Shown in pieces: positions 55,669 through 64,000 of a stretch of 64,000 bases of DNA (position 1 is its first letter; each line of letters starts with the position of its first letter). The stretch is taken from NCBI GenBank assembly GCA_020634015.1, contig JACKCN010000001.1, forward strand, positions 569,727 through 633,726, written 5' to 3'. The position numbers and the translations under genes are program-made. Under the pieces are notes generated by a model. The model was not told where the DNA came from, made no database searches, and saw only the letters and a list, made by a program, of their open reading frames with translations. Origin of the DNA: Candidatus Delongbacteria bacterium (GTDB lineage Bacteria > CAIWAD01).

Positions 55669-56703
55669 TCAATAGTCGCGTTTCAGCAGCCAGCTGGCGT
55701 AGTCCCGCAGCCGGCCGGTCTCAAGGCGGGATTCGGCAGCATCCAGAATCCTGAAAGCCTGTCCGAAGAGATCATCCACGACCTGCTGACCGGCATCCAG
55801 GACTCCGCCCTGCACCAGCAGGTCCTTCATTTCAAGCAGGCCTTCCTCGGAGGGTGCCCCCGATTGCAGCAATTGCTGGAAGCGGGCACGCTTGTGTCCT
55901 CCAAGAATCTCAAGGGCCTTGAGAGTGACGAAGGTCTTCTTCTGCATGGCCATGTCGGAACCGACCCGCTTGCCCAGGATTTCGGTGCTGGAGAGATAGT
56001 CCAGCAGATCGTCCTGGATCTGGAAGGCCTTGCCGATGCAGGCGCCATACCGTTCGAGGATTTCCACGTTCGCGGGAGTGGCGCCACCCGCCATGGCTCC
56101 GATGCGGGTGGACATGGAGATCAACCGCCCGGTCTTGCGGGCAATCATGTCTTCGTAGCCCGCCAGATCCACCTGGGAACTGGTTTCGAATTCCTTGTCC
56201 AGCGCCTGGCCCTCGCAGACTTCCACCACCGCTTCGGTGAAGGTGCGGATCTGCATGGGCAGCTGTTCCGAGGCGGAATTGCAGAGGCAACGGTAGGCGA
56301 TGCCGATCAGCGCGTCACCGGCGAGGATCGCGGTGCCTTCGTCCCAGCGGGCGTGAATGGTGGGCTGACCGCGCCGGACCAGATCCTGGTCCATGATGTC
56401 GTCGTGCACCAGGGTGAAATTGTGCAACAGCTCCACGGCCACGGCCACATCCAGCACGCTGGTCTGCTGTGCCCCGACGGCTTCGGCGGAAATGATCACC
56501 AGAATGGGCCGGATACGCTTGCCCCCGATGCCCATGATGTAGCGGATGGGATCGTAGAGCGAGGCGGGGCGGGGGTAGGTGGCCAGCACCTCATCGATGC
56601 GCTGCTCCACCGCCTGCCTGGTCTCGGCAAAGGGACCCGGCCGACTGTCGGCGGCCGTGTCGGGGTGCGTACCGCCAAGCGGGCTGGAGGATCCGCTGCT
56701 CAA
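55669..56703 (-). CDS. Polyprenyl diphosphate synthase (trans-isoprenyl diphosphate synthase).
   Basis: First Asp-rich motif LVHDDIMD and second Asp-rich motif FQIQDDLLD. Confidence 0.85.
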   Translation of the reverse strand: MSSGSSSPLGGTHPDTAADSRPGPFAETRQAVEQRIDEVLATYPRPASLYDPIRYIMGIGGKRIRPILVIISAEAVGAQQTSVLDVAVAVELLHNFTLVHDDIMDQDLVRRGQPTIHARWDEGTAILAGDALIGIAYRCLCNSASEQLPMQIRTFTEAVVEVCEGQALDKEFETSSQVDLAGYEDMIARKTGRLISMSTRIGAMAGGATPANVEILERYGACIGKAFQIQDDLLDYLSSTEILGKRVGSDMAMQKKTFVTLKALEILGGHKRARFQQLLQSGAPSEEGLLEMKDLLVQGGVLDAGQQVVDDLFGQAFRILDAAESRLETGRLRDYASWLLKRDY

Positions 56704-56704
56704 C

Positions 56705-57088
56705 TCACTCCCCGTCGACAGGATCGCTGAAGGCTTTCTCGATCAGCGCGGCCATGGCCTGCAACTTGACCGGCTTGACCAGATAGGTGTACCCGTCGTT
56801 CTCGATGGTCTTCAGAATGGTCTCGGACGATGGATATCCGGTGAGCACGATCACCCGAACGGCATTGTTCAACTTGCGGATCTTCTGCAGGAGAGTCAGC
56901 CCATCCATGTGCGGCATCTTGATGTCGGTGATCACCAGATCGAAGTTTCGCTCCTTGAACACCTGCAGGGCCATGTCTCCATCGGTGGAGCTGTAGGCCT
57001 GATAGCCCAGCTCGCCCACCAGCTGGGCCAGGATTTCGCACTGGGTGGGATCGTCATCCACGATCAGGATCTGCTTGCTGTCGTCCAT
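56705..57088 (-). CDS. Single-domain CheY-like response regulator.
   Basis: ILIVDDDPTQCEIL...DLVITDIKMPHMDG...LVKPV. Start placed at MDDSKQ. Confidence 0.8.
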   Translation of the reverse strand: MDDSKQILIVDDDPTQCEILAQLVGELGYQAYSSTDGDMALQVFKERNFDLVITDIKMPHMDGLTLLQKIRKLNNAVRVIVLTGYPSSETILKTIENDGYTYLVKPVKLQAMAALIEKAFSDPVDGE

Positions 57089-57379
57089 GTGGTGCTCCTT
57101 GTGGCGCGGGCAAACCGAGCCGGGTCTACCGGGAACGCTCGTCGGTACCCGGTCGCGTCGTTCCACGCCCGGTTCACTGCCGGTTCATGAGGTGGATCCC
57201 GGGGCGTTCCGGCGCTCGAAGTGCCGAATATAGGTTTTTGCCTCCTGCGGAATGATGGCGCCATCGCACCTCGCTCACAAGACCTGCCCCGGGGTCCGCA
57301 GCTGGGCCGGACAGGTGATTGACGTATCTTGGCGACCCGGATCGCGGGGCGGACCCCGGTCAAGCTCAAGGGAGAACAC

Positions 57380-58777
57380 GTGGCACGCTACTGGATCATC
57401 GGAATGGGTGGAGTCGCAATGGCCTCGCTGGCGGTCTGCCTGAAGGAACAGGGTCACGAGGTGGCGGGCTCCGACGAGGGTGTCTATCCGCCCATGAGCG
57501 ACTACCTGCGACACCACGGGATCCAGTGGGTCGAGGGCTATCAGGCGGACCGGCTTCCCGCGGGGGACTGGACGGTGGTGGTGGGCAATGCCGTTCCGCG
57601 GGGCAATCCGCAGCTGGAAGTGGCCCTCGACCGGGGATTGCCCCTGACCTCACTTCCCGAGCTGGTGCGCGCCAATTTCCTGCCGGGCAAGCATTCGGTG
57701 GTGATCAGCGGCACCCACGGCAAGACCACCACCAGCAATCTCTGCGCACTGCTCCTCCTGAAGGCAGGCCTGGACCCCGGCTGGCTGATTGGCGGCAAGC
57801 CCGACGGCCTTCCCGTCTCGATGCATTCCGGCAGCGGTCCCTTCGTGAGCGAAGGCGACGAGTACGACACGGTGTTCTACGACAAGCGCAGCAAGTTCCT
57901 GCACTACTGGCCACGCACCCTGGTGATCAACCATCTCGAGTTCGACCACGGCGACATTTTCGCCGATCTGGATGCGATCAAGGACAGTTTCCGCCTGCTG
58001 CTGCGCCTGGTGCCCGCCAGCGGCGCGGTGCTGGTCAATGGCGACAGTCCCCATGCTCTGGATGTGGTTCGCGGTGCCCTGGCCCCCGTGATCACCTTTG
58101 GCGAATCCGAATCCTGCGACTGCCGCCTGCTTGCTCATGACTGTGGCCCCAAGGGTACCAACTACCGCTTCCTTCGGCCCGACGGCTCCCGCATCGAACT
58201 GGAATCGCCCCTGCAGGGTGTCTACAATGGACGCAACATCGCGGTGGCCCTCTTGCTGGCTGCGCGCCTGGGCATTGCCGACTCCGTGTTGCGCGAGACC
58301 GTGGCGGGCTTTCATGGTCCGGCGCGCCGGATGGATGCATACCCACTGAGCGCCGGGCGTGTCCTGCTGGACGATTTTGCCCACCACCCCACGGCAATCC
58401 GGGAAGCTCTGACGGGAATCCGCGAACGCTGGGCCGGACGACGGATCACGGCGCTCTTCGAACCCCGTTCCAACACCGCGGTCACCCGTGTGATGCAGCC
58501 CGAGTTCCAGGAGGCGCTGGCTGTGGCCGATCGCGTCGTGCTGGGTCCCCTCCATCGCCCCTGGAAGTATGCTCCCGAGACTCTGTTTGACTTCCGCGCC
58601 GCGACGGAGTACTTCGCTGCCCGCGGAATTCCCTTCCTCCAGCAGGACGACGTGTCGCTCATTCCCGACTGGCTGGACGCCGACCTGCAGGAGAACGAGC
58701 TCTGGGTGATCTTCAGCAATGGCAGCTTCAATGGCCTGCGCGACCTGTTGCGCACACGTTTCGGAGGCCAGTCATGA
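57380..58777 (+). CDS. mpl: UDP-N-acetylmuramate:L-alanyl-gamma-D-glutamyl-meso-DAP ligase (Mur-ligase family).
   Basis: GTG start with a GGGAGA RBS. IGMGGVAMASLA Rossmann segment. GTHGKTTT P-loop. Mur-ligase C-terminal domain. Confidence 0.8.
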   Translation: MARYWIIGMGGVAMASLAVCLKEQGHEVAGSDEGVYPPMSDYLRHHGIQWVEGYQADRLPAGDWTVVVGNAVPRGNPQLEVALDRGLPLTSLPELVRANFLPGKHSVVISGTHGKTTTSNLCALLLLKAGLDPGWLIGGKPDGLPVSMHSGSGPFVSEGDEYDTVFYDKRSKFLHYWPRTLVINHLEFDHGDIFADLDAIKDSFRLLLRLVPASGAVLVNGDSPHALDVVRGALAPVITFGESESCDCRLLAHDCGPKGTNYRFLRPDGSRIELESPLQGVYNGRNIAVALLLAARLGIADSVLRETVAGFHGPARRMDAYPLSAGRVLLDDFAHHPTAIREALTGIRERWAGRRITALFEPRSNTAVTRVMQPEFQEALAVADRVVLGPLHRPWKYAPETLFDFRAATEYFAARGIPFLQQDDVSLIPDWLDADLQENELWVIFSNGSFNGLRDLLRTRFGGQS

Positions 58778-59658
58778 GTGCGGCCCGCGTACTCCAACTG
58801 CTGCGGGATGCGCTGCGCAGCCGACGGACCCGCTTCACGGCCGATTCCTTTCGCGTGGCCCGGGAGCTGGAAGGCAGACCACTGGCCGGTGTGCTGCGCA
58901 GGGCTGGCGCCATGGTGCTGGACCTGACCTTCTGCGTGCTGCTGGTCATTCCACTCTACATGGCCCTGCTGGACCGTTCGATGCACGAAGTGAATCCCGA
59001 CCTGCCATCGGTCTGGGCCTCCGGCGACAAGACCGAGACCGGAAGTCCGAATGCACGGGCCCTCAACCGGGCCATGCTGCAGCTGGCCACCGCGAACACG
59101 CCGGAAAATCTGCCACCGGCAATGAACTACGCCCTTTCGATTGGAGACAGTGCCGCCGTGGATTCCCTGGCGGCCTTGCACGGGATGGTGGTGATGCTGG
59201 CGGCCGGTGGAGAGGATGCCTGGCGCTGGCGCGAGGGGCGCCCGATTCAGCTGAATGCGCTCTCGCTGCTGGGGAAAAGGGCGCGCACCTTCAGCCTGTT
59301 CACGGTGATTCTGGTGTACTTCACCGGATTCACCTGGCTGTTGCGGGGTCGCACGCCGGGCAAGTGGCTGCTGGGCATCCGGGTGCTGCGCTTGAATGGA
59401 AAGCCGATGGGACTCTGGGATTCATTCGGCAGGGCGGGTGGCTACAGCGCCAGTGTGTCCACGGCGTTTCTGGGCTTTCTGGAAGCGATCCGCGATTCCA
59501 ACCGGATGGCCCTGCACGACAGAATCGCGGGCACGGTGGTGATTCGCAGTCCGTGGAAGAATCGGAATGGCGAGGTCGCGAAACCTACCAGGAGCCCGCG
59601 TAATACAGATCCTCGGGGCTCCGGCGCTGCAGCTCCAGAAGATGCCAGCGCAATCTGA
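58774..59658 (+). CDS. RDD-family membrane protein.
   Basis: TM helices and an RDD-like segment (LLRGRTPGKWLLGIRVLRLNG). ATGA overlap with mpl. Confidence 0.6.
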   Translation: MSAARVLQLLRDALRSRRTRFTADSFRVARELEGRPLAGVLRRAGAMVLDLTFCVLLVIPLYMALLDRSMHEVNPDLPSVWASGDKTETGSPNARALNRAMLQLATANTPENLPPAMNYALSIGDSAAVDSLAALHGMVVMLAAGGEDAWRWREGRPIQLNALSLLGKRARTFSLFTVILVYFTGFTWLLRGRTPGKWLLGIRVLRLNGKPMGLWDSFGRAGGYSASVSTAFLGFLEAIRDSNRMALHDRIAGTVVIRSPWKNRNGEVAKPTRSPRNTDPRGSGAAAPEDASAI

Positions 59659-60100
59659 GCAACTGGCGCAGGTGCAGCAGATCGTGAGCCAGCCAGCACA
59701 ACAGCAGCTGGCGGGCGCTGAGGTCACCCTGGGGATGAGCGTGCACCAGGTCCCAATCGGGCTGCTTCAGCAAACGCAACCAGTCCAGGTTGTGGCGGCG
59801 CGCCTCGAGGAATTCCGCCAGAATGCTGTCCGGCTGGGCCTCATTGTAGCGGCGTGACACGGCCCAGCCTTCGGGATCGATGGGCGGCCAGGGCTGGTTC
59901 GGATCCTCGAGCGTCATGCGTATTCGCAGCGGAAAATCCTCGTGCTCTTCGTCCCGCAGATGGTGCATGACTTCCAGCGGACTCCAGCCCCCGCTCGCCG
60001 GCCTGCGCGTCAGTTCCTCGGGCTGGAAACCCGCAAACGCCGCACGCAGCTGTTCCGCATTGTTGGCCAGATCGGCGATGGCTCGAGCCTGAAGTTCCAT
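59585..60100 (-). CDS. DinB/YfiT-like four-helix-bundle protein.
   Basis: His residues at the DinB_2-typical positions (HHLRDEEHEDF ... HDLLHLRQL). Confidence 0.65.
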   Translation of the reverse strand: MELQARAIADLANNAEQLRAAFAGFQPEELTRRPASGGWSPLEVMHHLRDEEHEDFPLRIRMTLEDPNQPWPPIDPEGWAVSRRYNEAQPDSILAEFLEARRHNLDWLRLLKQPDWDLVHAHPQGDLSARQLLLCWLAHDLLHLRQLLRLRWHLLELQRRSPEDLYYAGSW

Positions 60101-60113
60101 GCTCCGGGTGCCC

Positions 60114-61145
60114 TTACTGGGGAGTGTGCGCGGGGTCGGTCCAGGGACAGGCCACCCAATGGCCGGGTGTCCGCTCGATCAGCTTGGGGCGGTCCTCGGC
60201 GCATTCGGTGCGTGCGATCGGGCAACGTGTACGGAATGAGCAACCCGAGGGCTTCATGATCGGGTTGGGCACATCGCCTTCGAGCATCTTGCGATCCTTG
60301 GTCTTCACGCGGCTGGGATCGGGCAGGGGCACGGCGGCCAGCAGGGCACGGGAATAGGGGTGCAAGGGGCGGCGGTAGACATCCTGGCCTTCGCCCAGTT
60401 CCACCATGTCTCCCAGATACATCACGGCGATGCGGTCGCTCAGGTGTTCCACCACCGAGAGGTCATGGGCGATGAAGATGTAGGTCAGGTCAAATTCTTC
60501 CTGCAGGTCCTGGAACAGATTGATCACCTGGGCCTGAATCGACACGTCCAGCGCGGACACGGGCTCGTCGGCCACGATCAGCTTGGGATTCGTGGCCAGG
60601 CTGCGCGCGATGCCGATGCGCTGACGCTGGCCACCACTGAATTCGTGGGGATAGCGCAGGGCCTGTTCGCCCGAGAGCCCCACCTTCTCCAGCAGCCAGT
60701 TGACACGGTCCCGCACTTCCTTGCCGGAAATTCCCGGGTTGGTGATCTCCAGCGGTTCTCCAATGATGTCCTTCACCAGCATGCGCGGGTTGAGGCTGGA
60801 GAACGGATCCTGGAACACCATCTGGATGTCCTTGCGGTACTTGCGCATCTGACTGCGGCTGAGCTGGGCCAGATCGACCCACTCACTGCCCGTGTTGAAG
60901 AGCAGCTTGCCATAGATCTCCACGTCCGGTGTGCCACTGCGCAGCACATTGACGATGGCACGGCCGACGGTGGTCTTGCCGCAGCCCGACTCGCCCACCA
61001 ACCCCAGTGTCTCACCCCGGCGCAGCTCGAAGGAGATGCCGTCAACGGCACGTACTTCCGCCACCTTGCTCAACATCAGACCGCCGTGGATCGGAAAGTG
61101 CACGCTGAGGTTCTCGACCTTCAGCAGGATGTCCTTGTCGGCCAT
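60114..61145 (-). CDS. oppF: Oligopeptide/dipeptide ABC transporter ATP-binding protein.
   Basis: Walker [13 protein letters not shown] signature [14 protein letters not shown], Walker B LIVADEP and a C-terminal Cys-rich oligopeptide tail. Confidence 0.85.
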   Translation of the reverse strand: MADKDILLKVENLSVHFPIHGGLMLSKVAEVRAVDGISFELRRGETLGLVGESGCGKTTVGRAIVNVLRSGTPDVEIYGKLLFNTGSEWVDLAQLSRSQMRKYRKDIQMVFQDPFSSLNPRMLVKDIIGEPLEITNPGISGKEVRDRVNWLLEKVGLSGEQALRYPHEFSGGQRQRIGIARSLATNPKLIVADEPVSALDVSIQAQVINLFQDLQEEFDLTYIFIAHDLSVVEHLSDRIAVMYLGDMVELGEGQDVYRRPLHPYSRALLAAVPLPDPSRVKTKDRKMLEGDVPNPIMKPSGCSFRTRCPIARTECAEDRPKLIERTPGHWVACPWTDPAHTPQ

Positions 61146-61147
61146 GC

Positions 61148-62170
<1,023 letters not shown>

Positions 62171-62173
62171 GCT

Positions 62174-63229
62174 TTACCTCAGGCGGGAATAGACCTTGGG
62201 ATCGAACGCCTCACGAATGGCTTCGCCGATGAAAACGACCAGCATCAGGGTGCAGAACAGTGCGGCCAGCGGGGCCAGCACCAGCCACCAGTCGGTGATG
62301 TTGGCCATGCCCACCTTCACCATGCTGCCCCAGGACGCATCCTCGGGCGGCAGGCCGAAGCCAAGGAAGTCGAGGGACACCAGCGAACCGATGTTGGCCA
62401 CGATCGCGAAGGGCATGAAGGAGATCACGGGCGTGAGACTGTTGGGCAGGATGTGCTTGAAGATGATCCGGCGATCCGACGCGCCCATAGAGACGGCCGC
62501 CTGGACATAGTCCTTGGACTTCTCGCGGTAGAATTCACCGCGCACATAATAGGTCATGCCCATCCACTGGAAGGCGATCAGCATGGCCGTCAGCATCCAG
62601 AAGTTCGGGTTGATCAGCGAGCTGATGATCATGATCATGAACAGGAAGGGAATCGAACTCCAGATCTCGATCCCGCGCTGCACCAGAATGTCGAAGGTGC
62701 CGCCGTAATACCCCAGCATGCCGCCCAGGCTGATGCCGATGGTATACGCACACAGCGTGACGATGAGCGCGAAGGAAATTGAGGTACGATAGCCGTAAAG
62801 CAGGCGGGACAACACGTCACGCGCGCGGTCGTCCGTGCCCAGCAGATGCTGGCTGTCGGGCCGGTGGGGAGGGGTGCCGGGCATGTCCAGCAGGGACTCC
62901 TTGGGGCCGTAGGGATAGAAGGGCATCAGAACCCAGTTGCCCGAGCCCTGCTCCTTGTACTGGGCCTGCAGGGCGCGGTAGTCTGCGCTGCCGATCCGGT
63001 CCTGGCCCAGCTCCGAGGCGGAGATGTAATTCTGGAACAGCGGGTACCAGGTCTTGCCTTCGTAATGCACGATCAGCGCGGTATTGCCCACGAAGAGCGG
63101 CAACAGAAAGGACAGGCCGTAGGTGGTGAACAGGATCAGCAGCGAGTAGTACCCGCGGCGGATGCTCATGAACTTGTGCCAGCGCTTCGCGAAAAGCGAC
63201 TTGGACGGCTGCTTGTTGGTCTTGGCCAT
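62174..63229 (-). CDS. oppC: Oligopeptide/dipeptide ABC transporter permease.
   Basis: Six-TM BPD_transp_1 fold. The EAA-like loop ASMGASDRRIIFKHILPN is present. Confidence 0.85.
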   Translation of the reverse strand: MAKTNKQPSKSLFAKRWHKFMSIRRGYYSLLILFTTYGLSFLLPLFVGNTALIVHYEGKTWYPLFQNYISASELGQDRIGSADYRALQAQYKEQGSGNWVLMPFYPYGPKESLLDMPGTPPHRPDSQHLLGTDDRARDVLSRLLYGYRTSISFALIVTLCAYTIGISLGGMLGYYGGTFDILVQRGIEIWSSIPFLFMIMIISSLINPNFWMLTAMLIAFQWMGMTYYVRGEFYREKSKDYVQAAVSMGASDRRIIFKHILPNSLTPVISFMPFAIVANIGSLVSLDFLGFGLPPEDASWGSMVKVGMANITDWWLVLAPLAALFCTLMLVVFIGEAIREAFDPKVYSRLR

Positions 63230-63238
63230 CCGGACCCC

Positions 63239-64000
63239 CTATCTGAAGCGAATGCGCGGGTCGATGGCCGCGTAGATGATGTCTGAAATGATGTTGCCCG
63301 TCAGGTGGATCACCGCACCGATGACCATGGAAGCCAGCACGACCGGGTAGTCGCGGTTGACCAGACTGTTGAAGCCCAGCAGACCGAAGCCGTCGATGTT
63401 GAAGACACGCTCGATGAGGTAACTGCCCGCGAAGATCACGCCGATGATGCTGCCCAGGCCCGTGGCCATGGGAATCAGGCTGTTGCGCAGAGCGTGCAGG
63501 AACACCACCCGGCGCTCGGACAGGCCCTTGGCGAAAGCGGTGCGCACGTAGTCGGCCGACAGATTCTCCATCAGGGAATTCTTCATCACCACCGTCAGTC
63601 CCGCGAAGGACGCGATGTTCCAGGAGATCAGCGGCAGAATCGTGTGGTGCAGCTGGTCACGGATCTGTTCCCAGAAACTGAGAAACTCGAAATCCTCGCT
63701 GCGGAACCCGCCCAGCGGGAAGACATCCCAGAAACTGCCTCCGCCCAGCAGCACCAGCAGCACCGCGCCCAGCGCCCAGCCCGGTGTGCTGTATCCAATG
63801 AAGATGATCACCGAACTGACCATGTCGAACTGACTGCCGTGCTTGACGGCCTTCCAGACGCCCAGCGGGATGCAGATGCCGTAGGACAGCAGCAGGCCGA
63901 TCAGGCCGAAGTAGATCGAGATCGGGAACTTGGACTTCATCACATCCCAGACCGGACGCGAATAGCGATGGCTCTTGCCCAGATCGAGCTGGACGATGCG
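63239..64000 (-). CDS. oppB: Oligopeptide/dipeptide ABC transporter permease, 3' part. The gene continues beyond the window end.
   Basis: Permease with AFAKGLSERRVVFLHALRNSL as the EAA motif. The reading frame stays open upstream to position 64000. Confidence 0.8.
   Translation of the reverse strand, partial: RIVQLDLGKSHRYSRPVWDVMKSKFPISIYFGLIGLLLSYGICIPLGVWKAVKHGSQFDMVSSVIIFIGYSTPGWALGAVLLVLLGGGSFWDVFPLGGFRSEDFEFLSFWEQIRDQLHHTILPLISWNIASFAGLTVVMKNSLMENLSADYVRTAFAKGLSERRVVFLHALRNSLIPMATGLGSIIGVIFAGSYLIERVFNIDGFGLLGFNSLVNRDYPVVLASMVIGAVIHLTGNIISDIIYAAIDPRIRFR

Noticed and set aside
57650-58555. 301-aa minus-strand ORF.
   Set aside because: It is antisense to the mpl ligase gene, which has clear P-loop and Mur-ligase motifs.

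Overview
This is a high-GC (~66%) bacterial chromosomal window with about 50 protein genes, two tRNAs and two unusual repeat arrays. Several large secreted proteins end in a T9SS (Por) C-terminal sorting domain (motif NYPNPFNP...GVYFYR). That points to the FCB superphylum (Bacteroidota, Rhodothermota, Gemmatimonadota or a related high-GC lineage). All calls are made by eye from the translations; no searches were run.

Gene content, left to right:
- A Pho-type two-component pair (PhoR/PhoB-like) directly upstream of a TonB-dependent receptor, a surface lipoprotein and a T9SS-targeted beta-propeller repeat protein.
- Housekeeping genes: aroC, trpF, mnmA, moaA, mpl, ptsI and ptsH, PTS IIC and IID, an Opp/Dpp ABC transporter, two UbiA/MenA-like prenyltransferases and a polyprenyl synthetase.
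- An AraC-MGMT (Ada-like) fusion and several two-component proteins.

Three regions stand out.
1. A 1.9-kb convergent intergenic region (19220-21141) is packed with structured repeats. It holds three tandem ~355-bp units, each carrying a perfect 28-bp AT-rich palindrome and a hairpin that resembles a type I-E CRISPR repeat, plus an inverted copy of that hairpin and a second 160-bp repeat pair.
2. A 36-bp tandem array of about 25 copies (35340-36245) is open on both strands but has GC3 near 50%, against roughly 85% in flanking genes. It sits beside a GT39/PMT-family glycosyltransferase.
3. A block bounded by tRNA-Gln and tRNA-Thr (33201-50830) encodes a GH81 beta-1,3-glucanase and two giant paralogous T9SS cargo proteins of 1396 and about 2075 aa. 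These are built from four and seven copies of an unrecognised ~290-aa Cys-containing module, followed by a near-identical C-terminal region.

Many long antisense ORFs in the six-frame track are high-GC artefacts and are rejected below.
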